From: the human T2T-CHM13v2.0 reference genome, Homo sapiens
Length of the DNA stretch: 64,000 bases
Assembly: GCF_009914755.1 (NCBI RefSeq)
Contig: NC_060926.1
Strand: one strand, 5' to 3'
Shown here: piece after piece, positions 1 through 14,840 of the stretch
Layout: each line of letters opens with the position of its first letter
How positions within the stretch are numbered: the stretch's first letter is position 1
Position numbers and translations under genes: made by a program
Notes under the pieces: model-generated
The model's database searches: none
Seen by the model: only the letters and a program-made list of their open reading frames with translations
Told to the model about the DNA's origin: nothing

Positions 1-2025
1 CAGCTTTTCTCTTGCAACCTAATCCTCTCTCTACTCTCACAAAGAACCTGATAATAGTCACCAGTTACCCTTGTTACTGACCACACAATATTTTAAAATC
101 GATGAATTTTAGAGAGGCATACCTCAGCCTAGAACTCTGTTTTTCATCTTTCTCTCTTTTCAATAAAAAGATTGTATTGATTGTTAATGCAATTTTAGAA
201 AGCACCAAGTTCATGTAGAACTAATTGAGGACCCAAAAGAACACCTTGAAATCAAAATAGGCTGTTTGCAAGTCTAGCCTTGAGAATAAACCATATCATT
301 TCTTTGAGGTTAGGAGTGTGAAAGGGTATGAAGTGACAGTCTAGGTATTTTTCTCCTTTAGAGATGGATCTGTGATCTCTACAAGTAGACAGAGTAGGGG
401 AGAGGGTTGACCTATATGCAAATACTAAAGACCTATTTCTAGGAGCTATTTGGTTTCAGCAGCTTCTTCAAGGATGTAAAACCCACTTTCATCCTATCCC
501 CTGGCAGGTCCTTCTCTCTAGAAAGGCATTCTGTCAGGAACTCTCCTCTTTCCTATTGAGCATAGATCAGTTTCCTTTCATCTAAACACCTCTGAATACA
601 TTTTGCATTTTTTCACATACCTAGAAAAAAATCATGGTTAGTACCCCTTTATGGTATCCTGAGGCATATCATATCCCTAGGCATCCCATTTTCTTTTTGC
701 CTCTGATAATGACAGGGCAAACAAAGTGCATCTTTCGAATGAAACTTCATCAGTTGGATTAGAATAAAACCATATTAAAGGATGGATCCACATTTTAGAA
801 TTCTGGATAGCAATATATTTGGTACTTCTAGCATACAGTCCTATCTCTTATAATGCTTCTCTTCCCTTCAGTTTTTAGCCTGCATACATACCTCAGTACC
901 AGCCAACGGTTCTTTATGCAACCTGAAACATGCAGAGAAGTAGAGGGGACTGTTTTTAATATCTTACCTTAACTCCTTTGCTGCAATCTTATAGCATTCT
1001 TTTATTTAACAATCAAAAGGATACACTTAGTTGGTCACAGTTGTCTCTATAACACTATTGATCTTTTATATATATAAATAATTTATACCTATCCATTTTT
1101 TTCTTCTTCATTGTAAAAGAAATTGGAAATATTTAGCTTTAATCTTTTGTTTTTGCTCAAAGTTCTTATATTTCAATCCTGCAATTTTATTTCTTTCTGT
1201 TTGTGTTTTCTCCTGCATGTCTATATTTTAAGTGTAGGATAGCCAAAAAGTGATTTCTGTGGCTTATACGAAAACACAATTCATATGGTGTGCCTTATGG
1301 TCTTTGTGATTAATACCCTGTTATTCCATCTCAGAATGACAAAATAAGTGTAGCGATGTTGTTGTTCCTTCGATGAGCTATCTGAACCCCTGGATATTCT
1401 CTGCTTTAATGATGCATGATCAGCCATTATCTATCTCGTATTTTCTTTGTTTAAGAAATTAATGACAAACTGGCCATGATAGTAACGGTTTGGCATTTTG
1501 CTTGGCAAATTCATTCCTGCATAAGTTGAATTTCATGTGTTAAAAAGAAAGTTTTTTTCCCCACTTAAGAAATAAAATATCAGATTCTACCCACTTAATA
1601 TCAAAGTACTTTAAGATTGGAATGTACAGTTTTAATACATAACAATGCAACATAACGACTTAAAAGGGCTGGAAGAGGACTAGGATTACATGTATATATA
1701 CCTATGACTGTTACTGTTTATATTTTTTCCTAAAAATTAAAGCCTAAATCATCTCAAACATTTATATGTGCCCATTTTATCCTTCCAAATAAAAAGATTA
1801 CATAATATTCTGTTAGTAACTAAAATTCTTGTTTAAAATTTTTTTTATCAATAAATTATTTTTTTAAACCAAAGGATTCCCTATTCTTTCTTTACATAGA
1901 TGGGGTGTCATGTCAGGAAAAGTGATATTTCTCACATGAGTCACTATCTTAATGTGGACATGATTAGGGTACACAGATGGCACTATATGATAACCTTTCT
2001 ACTGGACTAAAAAAAATAGAGGACA

Positions 2026-2329
2026 GGCCGGGTGTCGTGGCTCACGCCTGTAATCCCAGAACTTTGGGAGGCCCAGACGGGTGGATCACAAGGTCAGGAG
2101 ATCAAGACCAACCTGGCTAACACAGTGAAACCCCATCTCTACTAAAAATACAAAAAATTAGCCAGGCGTGGTGGCGGGCGCCTGTAGTCCCAGCTACTCC
2201 GGAGGCTGAGGCAGGAGAATGGTGTGAACCTGGGAGGCGGAGCTTGCAGTGAGCCTAGATCGCGCTCTGCACTCCATCCCGGGCAACAGAGCGAGACTCT
2301 GTCTCAAAAAAAAAAAAAAAAAAAAAAAA
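2026..2329 (+). mobile_element. AluY-type SINE, full length
   Basis: GGCCGGGTGTCGTGGCTCACGCC start, Y-type motifs CTGGCTAACACAGTG and GAGAATGGTGTGAACC..GGAGCTTGCAGTG, A24 tail, TSD TAGAGGACA (2017-2025 / 2331-2339). Confidence 0.95.
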
Positions 2330-2505
2330 GTAGAGGACAAATTTTAATGCAATTAGCTCAGCCCAGGAGAGAGTGAAAAAGCTCAATTCTAAAATAAGAA
2401 AAAAGGAATCATTCTTCTTTCTGGTGTAAGGCAGGATTGTTCAACCACAGCTAATATGTTAGGAAATCATCAATATATTCACTGAATACTGAATATATAA
2501 AGAGA

Positions 2506-2796
<291 letters not shown>

Positions 2797-2978
2797 TGAA
2801 TATCTTAGTAAATTCCACTGCATAGCAAACTAAAAGAGTCTTTTAAAATATAGAATACATAATCATATGTAGTTGCATTATTATGTAAATATATGATAAT
2901 AACAAATATTTGTGTACTAGACTAAGGGTTAAACAGGTGCATTGCACTCATTGTGTGTGTGTGTGTAATCATTTACTC

Positions 2979-3354
2979 TGTCTTAGTCAACTTTGGCTGC
3001 TGTATCAAAATACCATAGATTGTGTGTCTTAAACAGCAGACATTTATTTCTCACAGTTCTGGAGGCTAGACAGTCCAATAACAAGGTGCCAGAAGATTCA
3101 GTTCCTGGTAAAGACTGTCTTCCTGGACTGTAGACAGCCATCTTCTTGCTGTGTCCCCACATGGTGGAGAAAGGGGGAAAGCAAGCTCTCTCGTCTCTTC
3201 TTATGAGGGCACTAATCACATCATGAGGACCTCACCCTGATTAACCTCATCTAAACCCAGTTACCTCCGAAAGGCCCCATCTCCAAATACCATCACATTG
3301 GAGGTTAGGTCTCCAACATATAAACCTTGTGGGGACATAATTTAGTCCTTAATG
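2979..3354 (-). mobile_element. MLT1A-like MaLR solo LTR
   Basis: TGTCTTAGTC terminus, TTTATTTCTCACAGTTCTGGAGGCT and AGGCCCCATCTCCAAATACCATCACATTGG motifs; appears to split a MIR. Confidence 0.85.
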
Positions 3355-3357
3355 TTT

Positions 3358-3482
3358 TCCTTATACAATCTTATTAAGTAGGTACCATTATCAACCTTAC
3401 TTTACAAATGAAGAAACTGACATGAAGAGATGATAGATAATCTGTCCAAGGTCACACAGATAGTAAGTAATAAAGTTAGAAT
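3358..3482 (-). mobile_element. MIR fragment
   Basis: TTTACAAATGAAGAAACTGA..CCAAGGTCACACAGATAGTAAGT is the reverse MIR core. Confidence 0.75.
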
Positions 3483-4444
3483 TTTATTTTTTGATCTTAT
3501 TTTGTCTTTATGAACAATCACATTTTAAAGGCACATTAAAATATAATAGATTAACAAGTAGTTTTATCTCTGAAATTGCTCCAGCTCTGTGCTGTTATTG
3601 TCAAAGCTGGCCTCTACTCATGATAACCAGAGTGAAAGGTGAAAGTGTACTATTGTTTCATATTTATCATCCCTTGTAATGATCCTCAAATGTTCAAAAT
3701 ATGGATGCATCTTTAGGAAGATTTCCTGACACACTTCAAAAATTATTAGCATGAATTACTTGTATAAAATGCAGAGCATTAATAAAAAACACGGCTTCAT
3801 GTTCTTAATATATGTAGAGCTGGATGACTCTGATATATAAATAAATTTTTTAAGGTTTCTAGTAATGTTTTAAAAAGCCACCTTGTAATCCTGGTCCTGA
3901 GGAATGGATGTCTTGCTTGTGGTGATTTAGAATAACTGGATTCTCATTCTTAAGGTATTAATTATTCACTTGGCTCTACACCTTACTGACTGACCCACAT
4001 TATCCTTGCGAGTACTAGCATTCTACTACTACTACCACCATTACTGTGAATGGCTTTTTGGATTTTCTAAGTGCCAGGCATATTATTAAACATGATATCT
4101 ACACTATTTCCTGTAATCCTCAGAATGATCTTGTTAGGTCAATGTACCCCAGTTTTACTGACAACTCCTTAGGACTCAAGGTCAAAACCTCTGCATCTTT
4201 GATCTAAAGCAGCCATAAAAAGAAGTGACTATCACTCATACTCCCTGGCATCTTGTCACACTTGTGCCTTTGAGTAATTTTTTAAATGAACCTTATCATG
4301 TGGTAAGGTACATCCGAGGTGCTAAATGGTGAATCCTGTCACTTTCAGGAATCGGAAAGGATTTATAAGATCTTCCAGTGCATCCTTAGGAATTATAATC
4401 TCAAACCAAGAAGATTGGTTTTCTGCTTATAGTATTAAAAATAT

Positions 4445-4600
4445 CAGGTCTGGGAGGGACTTTAGATGTCACTGTTCTAAACCTTCATTTTACTAATGGG
4501 GAAACTGAGGCCCAGTGAATGAAGGAGCCAGTTTAAGGTAATGTACCACATTTGTGGTATAATGAAGAACCATCATTTTACTACTCAGGCCTCTTGCTCT
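4445..4600 (-). mobile_element. MIR-family fragment
   Basis: CATTTTACTAATGGGGAAACTGAGGCCCAG core. Confidence 0.6.
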
Positions 4601-5221
4601 GAAGCAGTGTGGGTCCTAGTGAATCTATGTTAGATATGAGAAAGAATGGTGGAAGCACAAAGGCTGCAAACTGAGTCTGTATCTGTGATTAGGGAAAGCC
4701 TGCAAAGATACCAAGACATACAGACCATGTGGGAGGGAGGAAGAAAAGAGCCAATGACAAACTAAGAGTAGCTCTACTTTCTCTGTTCCATTTATTGCAC
4801 TTGTCCTTGATCCCTCAAAGAGGAAGTGTTGTGGTCATTGTTGTTCACTGTGATCACATGTTAACAAGTAGAGGCCACAAGTTACCTGTTTACTTCCTTA
4901 GGTCAGACATTAGCCTATGAAACAGTGTGCCTTCTTCATATGAAACACTTAGCTCACAACAGCATGTTATAAACTGCAAACTCCATGTAAATCACATTCA
5001 AGAATTGGGAGTTGGGATAAAGAACAATCTTCATCTTTGTGTCATGGTCTTTGTTATAGATAAATTGTCATCATTATAGGAATCTTAGGGAAGTAAATTG
5101 GTGGCCCACTTCTTCCAACACACACACATGTACACACACAAACACATGCACAGATCAAAAGAAATTAGGTGGATCACTTTAAGGAGAACCCCATTCCACT
5201 TATAGGTAATAATTTTAATCA

Positions 5222-5395
5222 CAGTTAATATTTAGTTAGTGTTTTACTGTATAAAATGTGTTTCAATAACATTATCTCATTCAACATTACAACCTGTTTT
5301 GAGGTGGTAGTTATTTCTTTCTTGGTTTTACAGATGAAGATATTAAGAATCGTGAAGGGCGTGAATGGTTTGGCTATGGCAGCTACCCAGATGAG
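5222..5395 (-). mobile_element. MIR fragment
   Basis: ATTATCTCATTCAA..TTTTACAGATGAAGA core. Confidence 0.6.
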
Positions 5396-5659
5396 CTTTT
5401 GCATAGATATTGGCTCATCTTTTCTGCACTTTCACTGGGTCTGGCAAAATCTTCCTAAATTACCCACCACCTAGTCTGGAGAGGTACTTGTTGACCTATG
5501 TATCTTATCTGGGGAGCAGTGAACCAGCTGCTAGAAAATGACTGCATACATGCACAAGTGCATCCTACGTTATTGCTCATTTTTGGAAGCAGGAATGATA
5601 CAGTACAAAAATGGAGGCCTAAGGAAGTTTATTCAGTTTACATTTTTTGTGTGAATGGG

Positions 5660-5880
5660 ATGCTTTGGTATAGTAGAAAGAATATTCAACCGGTGGTCAT
5701 ATAATGAAGCTCTGAACTGCAACTCTTATGAGTTCTGTGACCTGAACATGTAGCTTATTCTCTCTGAGCATCAAATTCCTCATCCATTAAAAGAGGACAG
5801 GGATATCCACCATATGTACTTCATAGGATTGTTGGAATGACTAAACTCTATGCATCACATGAAAGTTCTCTGAAAATGGG
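5660..5880 (+). mobile_element. MIR-family fragment
   Basis: CTGTGACCTGAAC..CTCTCTGAGCATCAAATTCCTCATCCATTAAAA core. Confidence 0.55.
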
Positions 5881-6949
5881 AGGATACATGAGAAGCGTTC
5901 TAGAGATAGGGACATGGAGATGGGGGATTATAGCCCAGGTTGTGTCCTATTAGTGTAGATACCTGAGTTTCATTGCCATCTTTGCCTTTCCTTCTTAAGT
6001 TAGGATGATCCAAAGTGAACCACAAACCATGGGCCACAGTATGCTACTGCCCTTCTCAACCACTCAAATAAATTGCAGCTATAAAGGAAGATATCTCCAC
6101 AGTGTGTTTTTATCTTGATTTTGTTGGGACTGCCAACTTTTTTTTGTTAAATTTTAAAAGGCTGCACTATGTTTCCAGTATTGATTATTAGTGTGTCCTG
6201 AGCATTGGGATAATACAAATAAGTAGGTAATTTTTTTTTTTACTTTGGCAGAACTCTCTGCTGCTAAAATGCCAGAAATCCCATTTAATAAAGTAGAATC
6301 ATTGTAAAAGGCTTGGCTATACTCCCAGAACAGGAGATTCCCCAGTGAGAAACCACCTGTTAGTAAAGTCTTCATTACACTGTTTGGAGTCACAGAAGAA
6401 TGTAAATTATCCAGAGCAGGCAACACAGAGGGTCTGGAGGGAAATTACCTCCTCCCTAACAACTCAAAGACTGTATAGTTATACCACTATTATATGAGTG
6501 GATGCATTCCAACTATACCCTCTGTAACTAAAACTTTTTAAAAAGGAACTGTTCTAGGGTTAGGGACATGGAGGTAGAAATAATATCGAGAGCAAAGGAA
6601 ACAGGAAAACTGAGATTAAGATTAACACCAACCAAAATATGGTCCATGCAAAGTAATTAAGTAACTAGAACTCATTCACAGTAAGAGGTCAGGCTGCCTA
6701 TTGAGAGATAGTTGAGACTGCCTAAAGGGGATGGTCACTGTATTTGAATAATAAAGCAACTGGGAGTTTAGGGAAAGTGAAGATATTTTGGATTTTCTCC
6801 AGCATCTGTGTTGTTTACCTCTAATCACAATAATAATTCATATGGGTAGAGCTCAGTATTTCCAAACCTGAATCACACAGGCTGCCTCCTGCCCATCAGA
6901 AGTCCCATAGAGGTGTTTGAGGCATACGATGCTCCCTCCACCTGCCTGA

Positions 6950-7125
6950 GAAGCAGTGAAGGATACTGGTTAAGAGCATATGGTCTAGAGTAACTTTGTG
7001 TAAGTGCTCTAAGCTCTCTATACCTTAGTCTTTTCATATGTCAAGCAGAGATGATACTTATATGTAGCTTATAGGGCTGTTGGGGAGATCGCATGATTTA
7101 TAATACATGTAAAGTGCTTAGAAAG
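6950..7125 (+). mobile_element. MIR fragment
   Basis: TGGTTAAGAGCA head and TAATACATGTAAAGTGCTTAGAA tail. Confidence 0.65.
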
Positions 7126-7269
7126 GTAATGTTATCTGACAAATAATCATTGAGCAAAGTTGAATGATAAGGAAATATAGATCAAGCTATTGCTATTTGT
7201 GAAATTCATTTTACCTCTGTAAGACATTTTAATTTTTTCCCTAGTATTCTGGCCCTTTCATGCCCAGTA

Positions 7270-7525
7270 TATATAGTGTACTAATTAAGAGAATGAGTTA
7301 TGTAGTCCAACTGCTTGTGTTTAAATTATGGCTCCACTCTTTATTAGCTCTAATCTTGGGTAAATTATTTAACATCTCATGCCTCTGTTTTCTCATCTGT
7401 AAAATGGAGATAATGCCATTCATATAGTTTTGAGGTTGAATAGTGAGTCAGTGAAGTGAGACATGGAAAGCCCTAGAACAGTGCCTGGCACATCTTAAGT
7501 GCTTGTCCAATGCTAGCTGTCATCA
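7270..7525 (+). mobile_element. MIR, near full length
   Basis: CTCATCTGTAAAATGGAGATAAT core and TAGAACAGTGCCTGGCACAT tail. Confidence 0.85.
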
Positions 7526-8673
7526 TCATTATTATTATTTTCCTCTGGAACTTACTTTTTCTCCATAACTGGGACCACTAGATACCCCCTTAAAATCTAC
7601 CCCTTTCCTAATATTCAAGACGAAGCCTGGCCTAAAGTTAAAGATCCAGGAAAACAACTCTAAGTCTGTCTCAGCAGTGCATCATCCCATTCTGCCCTCC
7701 AGGCAGATTCGGATCTTGGTGTCTAGCTCTCATACATGGGTTTCTACTGTAATTCTTTTGTCCTGATTTCTATTCTAGCACTCTATGAGACTCCCTGGAC
7801 TCTCTTACATCTGAGGTGCTTTTCTACTGCCTTAGAGAACAATCACATCACTGAGGTTCATTGGTAAATCTCTCTGATGTGCACTGCCTACCAGGCCACC
7901 ATGCATTTTTTTGATTAGTAGCAGTTTGGGACTTGCAGGCCCTAGTCTTCATGCCTGCAGGACTGTGCTGGATGTCCTGTAGGTCTTGGACCCATCATGT
8001 TTGACTATTCCATGGAGCTTCTATTCTTAGTACTTGAAACCCTCTCAGGCCCATGGAGAGTCTCTCCAACTCTTAGCCCCTTTCCTTGTCTTTCTTGCAC
8101 ATCAGCCACAACCTCTGATGAGCAAATAAGGCCTGTTGCTAGATTAACTGATATTCTATGAGTCCAACCTCCTTTACAAAACAAATACTTGGAGATTCAG
8201 CTAAGTGGGGTAAAATTTTTCAACTCAGCACATAAATTATTCTGTTTAGAAATTATAATTCAGTTTTTACAAACCTGTTTTAATTTGTGAGTACAAATGT
8301 GATATTTCACTGTGTGTGTGCATGTGTGCATAGTTTCCTCAATAAATTCTGGAATTATCGTTTTCATGAAGTAAGAAGTATATAAAATAGATGAAGAAAT
8401 TGGCCATCGTAATGTATGAAGATTACTAATATCTGACTAACCGTGTTTACAATGACGGTCTATGTCAGCTATGCCTATTCAGAGGAAAACAACATAGGTG
8501 GTTTTAAAAAGAACAAACTGGTTCTTTGGGACGTGGATATTGGTTTCATAAGGTAGACACTGGCCCTAGAAAATCACTGCAGTGCAATAAATTTAGTGAC
8601 TCAGGTGCCTTAGAGTTGAAAGAGAAAAAAATTCCCTTGGTAACTGGGATATGGGGGAACTAGGAGAAATGAT

Positions 8674-8811
8674 CTTCCCTTTCCCTTTCCCTTTCCTTTC
8701 CTTTTCTTTCCTTCCTTCCCTTCTCTTTCCCTTCTCTCCTTTTCCTTCCTTCCTTCCTTCCTTCTTTCCTTCCTCTTTATTTTTTTCTCTTTCTTTTCAC
8801 TCTCTTTTTTC
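8674..8811. repeat. Polypyrimidine low-complexity tract ((TTTCCC)n/(CTTC)n)
   Basis: About 138 nt that are almost entirely C/T on the + strand. Confidence 0.9.
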
Positions 8812-8884
8812 ATCTTTTAACTAATTTATAACAAATTTTCTCTTTCTTCTGTTTGTGGTAAGTAGAATCTTACTTTGTGGGTAA

Positions 8885-9292
<408 letters not shown>

Positions 9293-9368
9293 TAAGTAAA
9301 CTTAATTATTACTACCAGAAAACTATTCACAATGGTTCAAATTAAAAATAAAGCATTTGTTTAAAAAT

Positions 9369-9571
9369 CTGTGCTCTCCAAAATGAACTACATGACTACT
9401 TACATTTGAGTTAAATAAATGTAATAAAATTTGAAATTTAGTTACTCAGTTGCACTGCCCTCATTTCAAGTGCTCCAGAGACACATGGGGCTAGTGGCAA
9501 CCATGCCAGACAGTATGGATTCACATAAGTTTATATTGGATCATTGCAGAAAGTTTGACTGCATAGCATGG
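9369..9571 (-). mobile_element. MER3-like hAT-Charlie DNA transposon fossil
   Basis: CTCAGTTGCACT..CATTTCAAGTGCTC..CACATGGGGCTAGTGGC..ATCATTGCAGAAAGTT matches the recalled MER3 reverse consensus. Confidence 0.75.
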
Positions 9572-9603
9572 CTTTAAATAATTCCCCTGTTTAAAATTCG
9601 TAG

Positions 9604-9901
<298 letters not shown>

Positions 9902-12900
9902 TTAATAGATTCTTAATTAATTGTTTTTATTGTTTGTTTCTTTGGTCTCTAATCTTCTAGTATTTCAGCCTCTTCTTTTGCCACTCTTCAGGTCTGTTTT
10001 ATTCTCATTCATCTCAGTACTCTTACACATGTTATTCCTCTGAATTTCCCTTTTTCTTCTGATTTTTTTCTAATCCATGGAATTTAATCCAGATATAATC
10101 TGGCAGAAAACCTTCCCTGGCCTTTACTCTCTGGTTTAGATGCCTTTAGCATCTAAGGGGCCCAATAGTACCTCATGCTTATTTTATGAGTCATCACACT
10201 TATCAAAACTGTATTTTAATTCCTCTCCTACCTTGAGCTGCTTTATAAAAAATCCTGGTAAAATATATGAATGTTAATTCAATTCAATTTTTGACAACTA
10301 TGAAACGTTTTGTTCTAGTTTTCATTTTGAGAATAAGTGTTGTGAGAAAAGGGGAAACTGGTGTTTGGATGTAGAAAAGAGAAATAAAATAGATGGCAGA
10401 TGGTTGGACTTTTCAATTAGACCTTATCGGGCAAGATCAGAAAAAATAAAGGAGGTAAAAACAGGCTTCAGAACTGCACTCCAGTGGTATCCTTGAAAAG
10501 TGAGCCACGTGTAAAAAGGACAGTGACTTTGTCATGGATTTAACACAAGAAGAGTTAATGCCATGGAACTAAAAATATTGGACCAGAGGTTTGAAAAATA
10601 CTTAGTTATTCCAATTAGGTTATTTATAGGCAACCTTTTCAGGCATGTACACTACTTTGTATCTCTGAGAGCTCAGTAGAACCTAGGAGCTGGGATCCAA
10701 GAGACAAAAAGAAAGTCAGTCTCTAGTCATGAAACTGAAAACCACTGACCAATTAGGAGACCGCACCATGCTCTTACTTTGGATGTTCTCTTCCACAAAT
10801 CTTTTACCAATTTTTGCTATTATGGTAGCAATAATTAACTATTAAACTAATCTAATTAGCTATTAAACTAGTCTAATTATGACTAGTTTGAGATGCAAAG
10901 GATATAATTGGTTTAGTATTTGGTTAGAGTTATGTCTTTGATGCTTGGGTTTAGTAAATAAATATATTGCAAAGACATCATTTAAATTCTAACATTCTCC
11001 ACTTAGTTTTAAGATTTTCCATTGTAAATAATCTTATAATAGAGGCTTTTGGGAGCCCAATCTCTTTAAATGAAAAGAGATTTTTCTGTAATTATCTGTT
11101 TGTATGCCTGCTCTTCTGTCAACTCCCAGCATAATGCACACACACACACACGTGCACACAAATACGTGCACACACACATGCACGAGTAACTTGAAGATGT
11201 CTTCATCTTCAAGACACACATGAGTGTGTCTTTTATTTATGGATCCTCAGAATCTATCTCATGTGGTTATTGATAAATGTTGAGATGAGAAAAGGCAGGA
11301 AGAGATGGAGGAAGAAATGGCAAAAATTGTTTCTATACTGAGTCTTATAGTGTCATTCTACAATTATAAGCTGGCTCTAATCACCTCATATTTATTCTTA
11401 ATAATATGGTCTTTTAAAATTTGTTCTGATAAGTCATGCTATTTCTAATTTGTTTTATTTCATACAAAATAATAAAAGTCAACTTCTTACCATTTCTTAA
11501 CTTGTCTCATGAAAGTGTTCCTTTGGAGAAGTGTCCCTGTCGTGCTTTCTGGTCTGCTTTTAGGTAAGGTCTGACTTCTGCCACTAGAGGCCTGAGAATG
11601 TTTTTCTTCTTTTTTTGGCCTCTCTCTGGGGAGGAAGCAGCTTTCAACATATTCTTTCCTTGTGAATTTGTAAAAGTTGAAATCAAGGCATGCTTATTAG
11701 TTAGTAATTATAATTCTTATATATACCAATGAGATATAATCATAATACATTTACAAAGAGAAATCATAAAAATGTATGTACTGAAAATCAGTGCCCATAT
11801 TTCACATATGAGGAAACTGGAATCTAACCTAAACTGCCCAGGATAAAAGGGTAAAACCTGAGTTATAACATTTTAACTGTTGCTAAAAGAAATCATTGAA
11901 ATAATCTATGGTAGTTGTCTCGTCCCACTTTCTTTTTTATCTTTGTAGATGCGTCTTTATTGAAAGTTTGAATGTTGGTAAAATACTATTATTTGCCTGA
12001 GTCAAAGGAGAGACTGTAGATTCAGTGAAGTAAAGAAAATTGTTGGTGTAGGGATTGCCTTTTAAACTAGCTCTCAGTCGCTAGATTTAGAGTGGTTTAT
12101 ATAGTTTTTGACATACAGACATCTCCCTCACTCTGAGACATCTAATTATAAACATGACAAATATTACAGGTGTTCAAATCACAGAGTTTAGGAATGACTA
12201 ATGGATGACTGGGGAAAATTAGCTGTATTACTGTATTATTTTTCTTCATGAACAGGTCTGTCTACAGTAACAAGTCCAAAATTTGAGACTGTGCTCTATG
12301 CCATCCCAAATTCTTTGAATGATTGAAATGGTTCACTAAAATAGATGATTATATCTCAGTATAAAGAAAAAATTAGCTTGTCCCTTGTTGACATAGCTTC
12401 AATGTTAGTCTTTTTTTCTGAGGAATTAGCACAGGTACTTCGATTGAAAATAATATAGTTTATATTAGGAACTCACAACCATCTATTTCCAACTCTTGAA
12501 TTAGTTTGGTAAAAATCTCTACATGTGATTATTTAAAGTAATGTCAATGAAGTAATTTAGATTTATTCAAATTATACTACTTAATGAAGAATAAATTATT
12601 GCAGTCAGGCCCATTTTTGTAACATTATTAGGCAATGTTTGCTGTTTGGTGTGGGAGAGTTTGAGGACGCTTGAAGGTGACATTGTTTCTGTTTTCCTGA
12701 AAGAATGAAGCTGGAAAACAGTGATATTACTCTACAGATATTAAACTATACATGATTGATTGATTCCAGTCCAGCATTCATTAATTATACTGTATTTATC
12801 AGTAACACATTAATAATAAAATTGCTTAGGTTAGAAAAAAATCAACTTCTACTAAAGGTTACAAAGAATGGATTTTAAAAATAACTGTTTATCTAGTTAT

Positions 12901-14529
12901 AAGGTCATTAAAGACAACTAATATAGTTTTGAAAATACAATGACATTAATTAAAATTGCCTGTGTTCCCCCAAAACTGAAATCATCTTGTAACATCTTTC
13001 TTAAAAAAGTGTTCTTTTTATTGTTAGTGTAATTATACTGCTGTGTATGTGTACATGTATATATGTATACTCACACATCCAGATAATTATAATTGTGTGT
13101 GTAAATATATACTGTTCTGTATCTATCCCACCCTTCTCATGTAATATCATAAGCTTTCTTCTCAATGCTGCACGCATCATATCACAGGAATAGACTATGA
13201 CCATTCCCCCAGTGTTGGGCATTTTAGTTTTTTTCCAAAGGTCGTGAATTAATAAAATCTTAGAGCTGGAAGGAGACTTAGGGAAGATTTAATCCAGTCC
13301 CTTTTCTTTTATAATTAGATTTTTATGGTTAGGACTAAGGTCTAAAAAAGTTAATTGACTGAGAGATTATTTTATTTAGGAAAATAATATAAATGACATA
13401 GTTCCAGAAATACTTTTGTCTAAAAAAAAGTGAAAGAAAAATAAACTAAATCAGTCAAGGCACATTCAAAATAGAATAAAAAATGTGCATTAGTAATCTA
13501 TCATTGGAGTGAGTAATATAACATTTGCTATAAATATTTTTCACATTTTAAAAGGCAAAATAATTGCATATAACATAACTTTTCTAGTTTCTATCATTGT
13601 AAGAGGAGGACACACAAAATATGGTATTGCATGAAAACTGGAAAATAAATTTCTAGTCTACTTTCTCTAAAAGTTCTGAGTTAATTTCATGACTGTATAG
13701 AGTGAGAACATGTTGAAAAGCAAACCTGGGTTTTAAAATTCTTTCCATTCAATAGTCTCAGTTATTACAAAGACAATAATACTTTCTCCATTCTAGGATG
13801 TAACCACTTGGCATTTAACTTATTTTTCATTTCCTTATATTTGTTCACTACACTACAATTTGTAGACTCCATAGGAGTCTAAATGATAATTTGGTTAGCA
13901 AACACCCTTAGGTCTAAAACACATGTTGGTTCTTGAGAGATTTCCCTTCTCCTGTTCTAGTTGTGCAGAGGTGTAATTTTTTAAAATAGATATATCAATG
14001 GGCTGTACTTCATTTTCCAAAAGCACTGTGATGGTGAAGCCAAGCCTCTGAAAGATCAAGGCCCAGATCTTCCTCAGGTTTCACTTTAGCTAAGACTGTT
14101 GCAGAAGGAGTCCAAAGAATCAGAAATGCTGGAATTTGTGCTGGGCCATGAAGAATATTTCCTTACCAAATGACCCAAAGCTGTCATTGAATGTATGACT
14201 TCAAGTATGATCAAACATTGAGCGGGCTGGTTTGTGTTAAAGTCCCATGAGACTACTAAAGAAATGGTTATTTAGTCCAAAGAATCATAAACTATTGGTT
14301 TGTCTCAGTTTCTTACAGAGTAAAATTTGAGAGTAAAATTTGATTTTATCAGCTATTAATGCCTACATTTGTCACCTAAGAAAATGGGATTTCTAGTATT
14401 AGCTTTTGATTAAAAGACCCCCTACAAATAAATGTATACACTTGCCATATTCCTTCTCTCAAAGTAGCTCTAATCCATACTGAATACTTTTTCTAGACTG
14501 ATTTTTCCCTAAAATGACATTTGGAAGTA

Positions 14530-14840
14530 GATTTTGGGAAGTTTCCTCACCTCTCTAAGGTTTGGTTTCCTTATCTGTAAAAAGGACTAATAGTAGTATC
14601 TTCTTTATCAGGTTGTTGGTTAAGCAAATGAAGTGGTCAGATCACATTAAATGTCCAATAAATAGCTACATTTATCAAGGACCTACTAGGTATCAAGTAC
14701 TTTACATAATCATATCATGGCAATAATACCTACCCATTTTTCACACAAAGAAAGTAGAACTTTGAATGGCAACTTAATTAAGAGGTAATGGAGCAAAGAT
14801 TTAAGCTAGCTTGGTCTGAGTGATTCCATGATCTAAATGC
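14530..14840. mobile_element. Two adjacent MIR fragments in opposite orientation
   Basis: + core TTTCCTTATCTGTAAAA at about 14565 followed by a reverse MIR tail/core from about 14660. Confidence 0.55.

Noticed and set aside
6231-6430. Strong-looking acceptor T11ACTTTGGCAG at 6251 and a 90-aa - strand ORF
   Set aside because: I found no convincing downstream donor and no recognisable protein similarity.
8610-8813. Lys/Glu/Arg-rich ORF
   Set aside because: It is simply the purine strand of the low-complexity tract.
13863-13881. TAGACTCC-ATA-GGAGTCTA hairpin
   Set aside because: A single 8-bp stem is expected by chance in 64 kb.
14317-14342. 13-bp tandem duplication AGAGTAAAATTTG x2
   Set aside because: Ordinary slippage event with no further context.
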